DNA of 32,000 nucleotides from Candidatus Saccharimonadota bacterium (lineage in GTDB: Bacteria > Patescibacteriota > Gracilibacteria > BD1-5 > UBA6164): NCBI GenBank assembly GCA_965229705.1, contig OZ245922.1:1-32000 (forward strand), in the 5' to 3' direction. Under the pieces are notes generated by a model. It saw nothing but the letters and a program-made list of their open reading frames with translations, was not told the DNA's origin and ran no database searches. Shown piece by piece: positions 21,211-30,422 of the stretch. Every line of letters starts with the position of its first letter. Positions within the stretch are counted from its first letter, which is position 1. The translations under genes were made by a program, and so were the position numbers.

Positions 21211-22212
21211 ATGAATATATCCATATTTGCTTCTGTTTGATGCCAAAATCTTGGTGATGAGCTCATCGTGAAAAATGAGCTAGAGTTACTGCGTAAGGAG
21301 TTTTGAGATGACGCGCAATTTTTTATTGCCTCTTATGATGTGAAGAATCCTTTTTTTCAACAAAAATGAGTTCAGTATTTTGAGTATTTTCCTTTTTGAT
21401 CTAAAAACCCAAGAAATTTTTTTAGGAATATTCGCAATTTTTTTATCTTTTTAAAAGTTATTTCCAAGAGTGACAGAGTCGTTATAGGTGGATGAGGAAT
21501 CATGTATGATAAGGAAAACCAGTCAGTAAAAAATCCTCTGGATCAATGGGTGTTTCGCGCGAAAATTGCAAGATTTTTTTGAAAAAAAATCTACTTTTAT
21601 GCTCTCTGAATAGATGTGAGAGATTCAAAAAATATAAAAAAACTCAAAAGTATTTTTTATAAAGCTTGGAAAGTCACCGTGAGAGATAAAAAGTCTCAGG
21701 GTATATTGCAAGATATATGAGTCTCATCTCAGGTAGTACCAGATCCGGTTATGCAAGAGGGGGAGTGGTGAGGAGAAATTTTATGAAAGCTGTCTTCAAG
21801 AGATTTTACACTCAAAGATCTTGTAAAACATGATTTTAGAGGGAAGAGAGTTGGTCTTGCACTTCGATCAGGCTATCTTGGAAAATCAGGAAATCCAAAC
21901 ATAGAAACGCTTCTCATAGAAGAGTTGTGTCAGCATATTGAAAATGCTGGAGGGAGCATTCTCTTTCTTCCGCAGAGTTTTCACACTCGAGATATTTTGG
22001 CAAATGATGCGATATTTTTACAGCAATTTCTCAAACCTGGAAGAGAGATATGTATGAGTATGGGAGAGGTGTATACGATATACTCACACAAAATGGTGAG
22101 TATAGTTATCTCAATGCGTTTGCACAGCATGATACTTGCTTATGTGTATGGTATCAACCAGATTGCTCTAAGCTATTCACAAAAAACGGAGGAGTTTCTC
22201 CGTATTTCCTAA
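21211..22212 (+). CDS. polysaccharide pyruvyl transferase family protein (CsaB-like)
   Basis: NLGDELIV.., VVIGGGGIMYD.., ISMRLHSMILAYVYGINQIALSYSQKTEEF. Same frame as track ORF 21925..22212. The stop TAA 22210-22212 lies inside the next repeat. Confidence 0.7.
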
Positions 22213-22331
22213 GGAATCTCTGAGAAAGGCATTTTTATTTTCTCAAGACCCCGGTCTCGAGTTACTTATTTCAAGGACTTGAGACCGGTCTCTTACACAA
22301 GATTTTTCTATTTTTCAGAGTCTCCTTAAGG
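22208..22331. repeat. MITE-like repeat, long A-type (complete)
   Basis: CCTAAGGAATCTCTGAGAAA ... GACCCCGGTCTCGAG ... GAGACCGGTCTC (22281-22292) ... TTTTTCAGAGTCTCCTTAAGG. Confidence 0.8.
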
Positions 22332-22336
22332 ATAAT

Positions 22337-22366
22337 AAAAATCCCTCATGTAGGAGGGATTTTTTG
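22337..22366. terminator. bidirectional intrinsic terminator
   Basis: AAAAATCCCTC-ATGTAG-GAGGGATTTTT, between the convergent pyruvyl transferase gene and rpmG. Confidence 0.65.
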
Positions 22367-22370
22367 AAAA

Positions 22371-22553
22371 CTATCCTTTTTTGATTTCTTTCATTTTGAG
22401 TACTTCGTGCTTTCGCGTCTTTGGATTATATTTTCTGAGTTCTGGACCTTTTTTTCCAGCTTCAAAATTCTTTTTTTGGATATTGGTCATGTGTACCATA
22501 TTTCCAGTTTCTGTTGAATAGTACGCAACATATGTTCTTTTTCCTTTTGCCAT
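22371..22553 (-). CDS. rpmG: 50S ribosomal protein L33
   Basis: Track ORF MAKGKRTYVAYYSTETGNMVHMTNIQKKN..LRKYNPKTRKHEVLKMKEIK; L33 length and pattern, Cys-less form. Confidence 0.9.
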   Translation of the reverse strand: MAKGKRTYVAYYSTETGNMVHMTNIQKKNFEAGKKGPELRKYNPKTRKHEVLKMKEIKKG

Positions 22554-22619
22554 AATGGTGTCCTTGGAGATAAAATTTTCACAGGGATTATAACCAGTTT
22601 TTTAAGAAGGCAAGTTTTT

Positions 22620-23213
22620 TTACAAATCCTCAAAGGACATTAATGTAATTTTAGCATGTATTATATCAAGACTATGAGTATCCTGAAATGCTTTTATGGC
22701 ATCATCTCAAGTAAATCAAAAAAAAGATATATGTGAATAAATATCTTGTAAAAAGTTTAAATGTAGCTGATTTTTAGGATTAAAAACTATTTCTTTCCTA
22801 CCTTCAAGCATAAGTCTGACATCAATAACTCCATCTAAGAATAATCGTACATTATCTTTATATTTATTAAACTGTTCAGGACTTGTTCTAGCCAGTCTCT
22901 GCTCTTCTCATAATAATCTTCTCAAGTTTTCTTTTAGATGTTTGTTTTCAGCAGTAAGAGTATATATTTCTGATTGAAGCTGAGTAAGTTCTAATCACTT
23001 TTCTGTATCAACTCTTTCATTTTCTCATCAATCATTTCATTCTCAAACATTAATAGCTTTTATTCGATCCTCTAACTCTTGGATTCTACGAAGATTCTCC
23101 CAGAGTGTTTTATTGAATGATTCTCTCGTTATTGATATCTGATCTATATCGGTATAAGTCAATTCTATAGATTCATTGAAATCTGTATGATTCTCTACAA
23201 GACATTCTGACAT
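22620..23213 (-). CDS. hypothetical protein with a central coiled-coil-like segment
   Basis: I read all 198 codons with TGA=Gly. An in-frame TAA lies two codons upstream of the ATG. ..LRRIQELEDRIKAINVGEGNDGGENERVDTEKGLELTQLQSEIYTLTAENKHLKENLRRLLGEEQRLA... I recognise no family. Confidence 0.55.
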
Positions 23214-23312
23214 AATTTATTTTTTACAATCTAAAAATACTCAATAAGCGTATCATAGATTTTTCTCTCATGCAAATATTGGTACAAGTTTCCCCTAAAT
23301 TACAGTTTTATA

Positions 23313-23422
23313 CCTAAAAGAATCTCTGAAAAACAAAAAATTTCTAATCCTCTCTGGCTCTAGCGAGCCATCTCTCCTTTGAAAAAGGAGAGAAAAAAGG
23401 AGTTTCTCAGAGCTTCCTAAAG
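23313..23422. repeat. MITE-like repeat, B-type (complete)
   Basis: CCTAAAAGAATCTCTGAAAAAC..AATCCTCTCTGGCTCTAGCGAGCCATCTCTCCTTTGAAAAAGGAGAG..GTTTCTCAGAGCTTCCTAAAG. Confidence 0.75.
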
Positions 23423-23482
23423 TGATGGAGGTATATCAGATAAAACCTCTCTTTTTGTATGAAGAGAGGGTAGTAGGGCACT

Positions 23483-24772
23483 GTTTCAAAAAAGTGTGTA
23501 AAATAAGAGATAAAAAAATAAGGTATGTATGCAAATATGTACCTTATTTTTTTAATCCCTTAGGATATGGAAACTATATTGCAAAGATTAAAAAGCACAA
23601 TAGAGAGTGCTATATACGAAGAATTTGAGGATTTTGTATCACGAGTAGATGTGTATAAGAACGGAACTCGTAAGATACGCCCTAAAACCTACTTTGGTCG
23701 TATGGATTTAGAAATACCTCGTACCCGTTGAAAAAAAGAAGAAGGCACAGTGTTTTTTTCTGAAATAAAAGCAAAAACACTCGAACAAATATTCGATACC
23801 ATTTGGAGTCAGATACTTGGTCTGATGCGATTATGAAATACTTTTGAAGATATAAGACAGTATTTTACAGAAGTATATGGTTTTGGATTTTCTAATGATT
23901 TGCTCTCAAAAATATCAGCGTATATGATGAACTTCTGGGTTTCAAGTCAAGAACCTTACTTAATTTTTACACAATAGTATATCTGGATGCTACCTATATA
24001 AAGATGAAGGTTGAGAGTCATAGTGGCAGAAGCTGTATTAAAAGTGTGCCAGTATATTTCATCATCTGAGTAAATATATACGGAGAAAAAGATATTTTAG
24101 ACTTTGTGGTGATGCAAAAACCAGAATCATCAGCTGTATGGCAAGAAATTATAAATAGTATAAAAAATCGAGGCGTAGATGATATTCTCATAGCTTGTGT
24201 TGATGGACTGGCCGGATTTCAAGAAGCAATACAATCTTGTTTTCCGAACACTCAAGTTCAGCCCTGTATCGTGCACAGAGTCAGAAACCTTCTCCAGTCC
24301 ATTTCATACAAAGATAAAACAGAATTTTTTATGGAGTTTAAGAAAGTGTATAACGCTGTTTCTCAAGAGGAGGCTCTCAAGTTTTTAGAGGCTATGAAGC
24401 AGAAATGGGAAAAATATAGTATCTTGCTTCAGGAATGGTTTTATAATATTGATGTATGGGGAGGGTATTTTAAATATTCTTATCCTCTCAGAAAGCTTAT
24501 ATATTCTACGAATGTGATTGAGAATTTTAATGGACTTATTAAATCTAATATTTGAAAAAGAAGAGTATACTTTACTCAGAGATCTGCTGAAATATCTATA
24601 TTTCTTGCAGTACAGAATAAACAAAAATCTCTCAAAAAAGTACGTGATTTTCATTCATTAAGAATGGAACTCGTAGCTTTCTTTTGAGAAAAAAGAATTC
24701 CTGTTCTGTAAATTTTTATTACAATAATTTACATACATACCTCATATCTATTTTTACACACTTTTTCAGAAC
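23483..24772 (+). mobile_element. IS256-family insertion sequence (about 1.29 kb)
   Basis: Imperfect terminal inverted repeats. Left: GTTTCAAAAAAGTGTGTAAAATAAGAG..AAGGTATGTATGCAAAT. Reverse complement of right: GTTCTGAAAAAGTGTGTAAAAATAGAT..GAGGTATGTATGTAAAT. They enclose one transposase gene. I saw no clear target-site duplication. Confidence 0.75.
23567..24711 (+). pseudogene. IS256-family (mutator-type) transposase interrupted by a -1 frame change
   Basis: The N-terminal part runs in frame 2 from ATG 23567 (..NGTRKIRPKTYFGRMDLEIPRTRG..DIRQYFTEVYGFGFS..NFW) and hits TAG 23975-23977. The remainder is in frame 1, open from 23896 (..KSRTLLNFYTIVYLDATYIKMK.., ILIACVDGLAGFQEAI..CIVHRVRN.., IYSTNVIENFN). 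Stop TAA 24709-24711. The most parsimonious join is near TTCTGGGTTTCAAG (23933-23946). Confidence 0.75.
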
Positions 24773-24940
24773 TATACCGAGAAAATAAAAAATGTTCTTA
24801 AAGAAATGGGTATAAATCACGGACACACACATAATAAAAATTTCTGCATACTCCATGAACGCACGCCAGAAGGTGAAATAGATTGGGATAAACCACCAAG
24901 AGTGTATTGTATCGATTTTGACCAATCTGTGAGTAGTTAA
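24773..24940 (+). pseudogene. C-terminal remnant of a RIO/Kdo-type protein-kinase-like gene abutting the IS end
   Basis: The frame is open from inside the IS end: ..YTEKIKNVLKEMGINHGHTHNKNFCILHERTPEGEIDWDKPPRVYCIDFDQSVSS, then stop. This resembles the ..G..HGDLh..N.l.. / ..IDFdQs.. catalytic-loop region. It has no plausible start codon or N-lobe. Confidence 0.3.
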
Positions 24941-24956
24941 AATTTTTTGGGAATAT

Positions 24957-25106
24957 GGTAAGAAACTCTGAAAAAAGCATTTTCGTTTTTTTCCAAGACC
25001 GGTGTCTTACATGAGATTTTTTTATTTCTCTCCTTTTGCAAAGGAAAGATGCCTCGTTAGAGCCAGAGTGGATTGAAGAATTTTTATTTCTCAAAGTCTC
25101 TTTAAC
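24957..25106. repeat. composite MITE-like element (half A-type joined to an inverted B-type)
   Basis: GGTAAGAAACTCTGAAAAAAGC..CCAAGACCGGTGTCTTAC.. (A-like) is followed by the reverse complement of TTAAAGAGACTTTGAGAAATAAAAATTCTTCAATCCACTCTGGCTCTAACGAGGCATCTTTCCTTTGCAAAAGGAGAG (B-like). The right terminus overlaps the stop codon of the next gene. Confidence 0.7.
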
Positions 25107-26730
25107 AAATTTTCCCATCTCTGGGATAATCAAAATCAAGATCAATAATATGAAGACCCGAGTCATTTATAATGCGAGTAAGAAGTGGTTGGAAATCTTC
25201 TTTTTTCTCTACCTTGTATCATTTTGCTCCAAAACTCTCAGCCATTTGTACATAATTGATTTTTCCAAAATCAAGACCATAGTCATCAAATCCTCCTCAA
25301 TGTTGCTTCCATTTTATCATTCCATAAGAACTATTATTCAGCACCACTATCACTAGATCCAGTCAAAGACGAACAGTTGTCTCCAGATCACCAAGATTCA
25401 TCACAAGTCATCCATCACCTGTCACGCATACAACTTTTTTTTCAGGGTTAAGCCTCTTTGCCTCCATAGCACTGGCATATCCAGCTCACATGGTTGCAAG
25501 AGCATTATCTAAGAGAAGTGTATTAGGTTGGCGAGCTCGATAATTGCGAGCAAGCCATACCTTATAGAGACCATTATCAAGAGCAAGTATATCATCATCG
25601 GCAAGAACTTCCCTGAGGTCTTTTGCGAGTCTTCGAGGCATCATATAAGGTATATCATCTTCAAGTGTGAGATTGTCAGATATTTTTTGTCTATTTCATT
25701 GGGCTATCTCATATATCCTTCTAAAGTCCCAGTTTTGTCCATCGATCTCTAACTCATAGAGCCTCCAAAAAGCATTTCCAATATCTCAAATAATATCAAT
25801 GTATGGAGAGTATACATAGTCAAAATGTGATTTGGTAAAATTGATATTTATCACTGGAACTCCATTGATACCCAAAATATCTGTTGGTTTTTCTGCGTTA
25901 TCGTATCATACTGAAAGAATGAGGTCAGACTCAGCAATCGCTTCATGAATATAGTCTCCACTGGTAAGTGCTGCTGTACCAAGGTTTTGTTCATCGAGAC
26001 TCACATCTATCACCCCTTTTCCCATTTGACTACTAAAGTACGGGATATTATGTTTTTTTAAAAAAAGTGTGAGATACTTAGTGATACGCTTACGGTTTGC
26101 TCCAGCTCCTACAAGAACTATCGGACATTTTGCCTTCTCTAACTCTTGTTTTACAAGTATAATCGCTTTTTCATCTATTTCTGGACGGCGAATTTTATGT
26201 GTTTTGAGATCAATTTGGGTAAAGTTTTCGGCTACTTCTTCTGCAGCGATATCTTCGGGAAGTTCAAGATGAACGGCTCAAGGTTTTTCGTCTTCAGCAA
26301 TGCGAAAGGCATTTTCTAAGATGTATGGTATTCTCTCACCAGAAACAATACTTATAGCATGTTTTGTTACTGGTTTCATCATACTCACGGCATCTATGAT
26401 CTGAAAAGATCATTGTTTTGAGTGATTTTGTGGTTTTTGTCCGGTAATAACGATTACTGGCATACCTCCAAGTTGGGCGTAAGCAATACCTGTCATCATA
26501 TTGGTAGCTCATGGTCAAAGGGTTGCCAGAGCAATTCCAGCTTTTCCTGTGAAGCGTCCATAAGTTGCTGCCATAAAAACTGCTGTTTGTTCATTGCGAG
26601 TCAGTATGAGTTTGATTGAAGATTTACCAATACTATCGAGCAAATCAAGGTTTTCTTCTCCAGGAACACCATAAATAGTTTCCACTCATTTTTGTTCCAG
26701 GATTTTTACAAATAGGTCTGATGATTTCAT
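25102..26730 (-). CDS. acetolactate synthase-like thiamine-diphosphate enzyme (large subunit / catabolic type)
   Basis: 1629 nt in one frame with TGA=Gly. N-terminus: MKSSDLFVKILEQKGVETIYGVPGEENLDLLDS..NEQTAVFMAATYGRFTGKAGIALATLGPGATNMMTGIAYAQLGGMPVIVITGQ. The TPP-binding part includes ..VCVTGDGG... The C-terminus ..LDFDYPRDGKIC ends at TAA 25102-25104. Confidence 0.88.
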
Positions 26731-26870
26731 ATATACTGAAAAAATATTATACAGGCAGATATACTATATATTGTGCGTATATATCTTAAAAAAATATGAA
26801 AAATTTAATTTGACAAAAAATATATTTTTCATATAAATGAAATATATTATTTCTCGTAAATTCAACCCTC

Positions 26871-26914
26871 AAAAGCAACTTTTTTAAAAAATATTTCTCT
26901 TATCTAAAAGTTGC
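26871..26914 (-). terminator. hairpin plus T-run downstream of msrAB
   Basis: On the minus strand, GCAACTTTT-(22 nt)-AAAAGTTGC is followed by TTTTGAG. The loop is long. Confidence 0.45.
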
Positions 26915-26957
26915 ATTTCATTTCTGAACTTTTGATCATGTTATTCCCCTGTCTCTT

Positions 26958-28046
26958 TTATTCAAACATCTTTTTATACTCCTCATACCCTTCTTGTTCC
27001 AAATCCTCAACTGGAACAAACCTCAAAGCTGCAGAGTTGATACAATGACGAATCCCTCAAAGCTCATCGGGCGCATCAGAAAAAATATGCCCCAAGTGCG
27101 CATCGGAAGAACGACTCCTCACCTCTGTGCGAGTCATAAAAAATCGCGTATCTGTATGAGTGGTAACCACATCATCTGAAAGAGCGCGAGTAAAGCTGGG
27201 CCATCAAGTTCATGAATCAAACTTATCCAAAGAACTATATAAAGGTGTTCCATCAATAATATCTACATATATCCCTGCTCGTTTATTGTCCCAGTACTCA
27301 TTTTGAAATGCTCGCTCCGTCCCCTCTTCTTGCGTCACATGATATTGGAGAGGTGTAAGCCTTTTCCTAAGAGCCTCATCGCTATAGGTATCTTGCGTCA
27401 GTTTGGCTATTTCTTGTCTCCAGTTCTCCTCGATAAATCCAGCTCTTCCGGATCACTTTTTGTAGAGATTATACCGAAGAGCTGATTTTTTATAATAATC
27501 TTGATGATACGATTCCGCGAGATAAAACTCTGGTGTCTTCAGTATCTCGGTTACAATCTCTTGTTCAAATTTCCCAGACTCAGCAAGAGCTATCTTTGAC
27601 GCCTCAGCTATCTGCCTTTCCTCATCATCACTCACATATATCGCTGTGGTATATTGGTAGCCCTTGTCCGCAAACTGACCGTCTGGATCAGTCGGATCGA
27701 TTTGTGTCCAAAAAAGCTCTACAAGAGTAGCATAAGAAATACTCTCAGGATCATAGCTCACTCGAACTGCCTCTCGATGCTGTGTTTCTCATGATGCTAC
27801 CTGCGTATAATTTGCTGAATCAGCACTTCCTCCTATATACCCTGACTCTGCTGCGTACACTCCGTCTTGCGCTTCAAATATGCCTTCCATACACCAAAAA
27901 CAACCTCCAGCAAAATAGGCATATTTCTGTTCTCCTTTTATTTGTGAACTATCTTTTTTCATATCAGCCGTACTCAGAAAATATTGAGATCAAACAAGGA
28001 AACATATGATGACGAAGATTCCTCATAAAGAAAGTATTTTTTTCAT
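26958..28046 (-). CDS. msrAB: membrane-anchored bifunctional methionine sulfoxide reductase MsrA-MsrB
   Basis: 1089 nt in one frame. N-terminal anchor: [23 protein letters not shown]. MsrA: [15 protein letters not shown] (track ORF 27453..27761 is the core). MsrB: ..[50 protein letters not shown]. Stop TAA 26958-26960. Confidence 0.9.
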
Positions 28047-28055
28047 AATATAACA

Positions 28056-30338
28056 TTATGGAAGTATCAGATTTTCTCCATGACTTGCAACAAGAGAAAA
28101 CCACATCTCAAAATATCAAGGGATTTCCTGAGGATTTTGAGAGCTTGATACAGATGCAAGACCTGTATCAAAGCGAGCTGTATACCTCACTCATTCATGC
28201 TCTATTGTTGACTCTCATGACGCTCAGAGTTCTTCCCATGGAAATCATAGTACTATATCTCCATCTCGCACGACATAAAAAAGCTTTTTTGGATGATAGC
28301 TCATATCCCTCTCTCATCATACAGGGAAATAGAGGTCTTCACTCTCATCATAGTTTCCATATGGTATTTCTCCATATCTTCGGAGATATCCTGTCTCATT
28401 TGAGAGCACTTCACCCTCTGGAAAGAGTCTCTGATACTCACTATAACTCATCAGATCTGTATCAATTATCTTCAGCTGTTTCCCTATATTATCTCCTATC
28501 AATGCTTTTCACTCACTCTGACTCCAGAGCGTTTCTGTTTGTGAATCATACATGAGCAAATTAGAGTTATAGAGTTGTCCAGAGACACCAAAGTGTACTT
28601 CTTGGTCATCGATAACTCTCTCATATACGATACCCGAACCACACAGTGGGCAAAAAGTAACAGCAACTTTTTTTCCAGCAAAATCATCATTTACAATCTC
28701 GTGCCATACCAAAACATCATAACCGTAAAATCGCGCATTATTATCTTCATCAACAAGTACAAGTCCTAAATCATCATCTCCGAGATATGCTGACTTTTCT
28801 GCTACTTCTCTATGGTTCAAAAACTTTGGTGCTCGAATGGCAGGAATACCATCTTTTCATGGTCATCCATCAAGAACGAGCTGGAGGTCAATAAGAGTTT
28901 TTGCCGTATTTGTTTGAAGTCCTTGACGCGAAAAGTGATATTCTCCTTCTCATAAAGTACTCATCTCTTCTCTAGGATTACCAGTATCTATTAGGGAAGT
29001 ATCTTCTTGTTTTTCTTTTATGAGGCGTATGATCTCTTGTCGTTTTTCCTCGTATCATCATTCTCAAAAATGCGTGTAGCGAATATTTCCTGTATGGTCT
29101 ATGAGATAAAAAGCTGGCCAGTACTTATTGTTATATGCCTTCCAAGTTGCAAAGTCATTATCTTGCGCAACCGGAAAACCAATTTCATATCTTTCTACGG
29201 CTTTTTGTACTTCTTGAAGTTTTTTCTCATACGCAAACTCTGGCGAATGAATCCCGATAACTCTCAATCCTTGGCTATAAAATTCTTCAAAAAGTGCTTG
29301 TGTCTGCTTGTGAGTATTGATACAGTTTACGCAGCTTGCTGTCCAAAACTTGATCATCACAATGTTTCATCTCAACTCAGAGAGACTTGATATTTTTTCT
29401 GCGTTTATCCATCCAGTCAATCAACGAAAATCAGGAGCTGTATATCCTGATACGCTCTCTGATTTTCCTTCTAACAGGTGCTCAGGATCTAAAAAAGAAA
29501 GCGATCACTCTATATGTTTTTCACAGCTTCCATCACGACACTCGGAGTGTAGAGGTTTATCATTTTGAAGAGTTTTTTGTTCAGAGGATAGTGTTGGCTC
29601 AGTATTTCATATATCAAATTCTTCTATGATTCTCTGTTCAAATCCTGTAGTATTGAGAAATCCAGCATCGAGTAGAGCTATTTCTATTTTTTTATCATAG
29701 CCGGTCAGTATAGCGATACCGACACATATAAAGACAATTCATAATATTTTTTTAAATATTCCGTCTGGTTTACTTGCCCATGTGAGTCTCCTGACAAGTG
29801 ATTGACCAAATATCGCAATAGCGAAAAGGATGACTGCGAGTCAGAGGGTATAGGATATCAGAGCCAAAAATCAAAATGCAAATCCTACTGGAAGAATAAT
29901 TGTCAGTATCAGGGCGTAGGTCGGAGAACAACTACTAAATACTGGACCAAGTGCAAACCCCATAAAAATATATTTTGATATACCTTGTTTTTCTTGTGTT
30001 TTATGAAGAAGGGTATTTGATGTTCCTGTAAATCAGAGTTTTGTAGAAATATATTTCCAAGTATTTGGAAAAAGCGTGATAATACCAAGCGAGATAACAA
30101 TTCATCCTGAAAAAGTTTTCCAAAAACTTGGAGGAACATCTATGAGAATGGTACTCGCTTTTAAAAGAAGGGAGAAAATGATGATCGAGATACTCAGCGA
30201 AGCAATAATCACTATGGGAATGCGTTTGTTGTTTCCGTCTTCGGCACTAGCTCAGAGGATAATTGGGAGGAGAGGAAGGACGCATGGAGCGAGAACGGTT
30301 AGTACTCAGGAGAAAAAGGCAATAATGAGAAGCGTCAT
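28056..30338 (-). CDS. DipZ-like tri-domain fusion: CcdA/DsbD-type transmembrane domain + TlpA/ResA-type thioredoxin domain + DUF3179 domain
   Basis: I translated all 761 codons with no TAA/TAG until 28056-28058; an in-frame TAA lies just upstream of ATG 30338. CcdA: VLTVLAPCVLPLLPIILG and PVFSSCSPTYALIL. Trx: MIKFWTASCVNC (track ORF 29064..29360). Junction: RYTHFGEGGYEEKRQEIIRLI. DUF3179: LDGGPGKDGIPAIRAPKF, VTFCPLCGSGIVYE, LYNSNLLMYDSQTETLWSQ, YFEMWFSLVASHGENLILP (track ORFs 28509..28820 and 28317..28502). Confidence 0.8.
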
Positions 30339-30422
30339 AAAAGAGCATTAAAAAATATGACCATTATCATATATATCATACTTAAATGAAGCTTAAAATG
30401 TGTATAGATCTCTAAAAACCAT

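Noticed and set aside
23422-23628. Track ORF of 68 aa (MMEVYQIKPLFLYEERVVGHCFKK..) taken as the transposase N-terminus.
   Set aside because: It crosses the left IS end and is out of frame with the transposase homology, which starts at ATG 23567 in frame 2. Only its first ~20 codons, outside the IS, might be a gene stub.
27240-27310. Apparent frame break between the MsrA and MsrB halves.
   Set aside because: On re-reading the bases, the reading frame is continuous (..[20 protein letters not shown]..) and 26958..28046 is an exact multiple of three. The break came from my own transcription slip.
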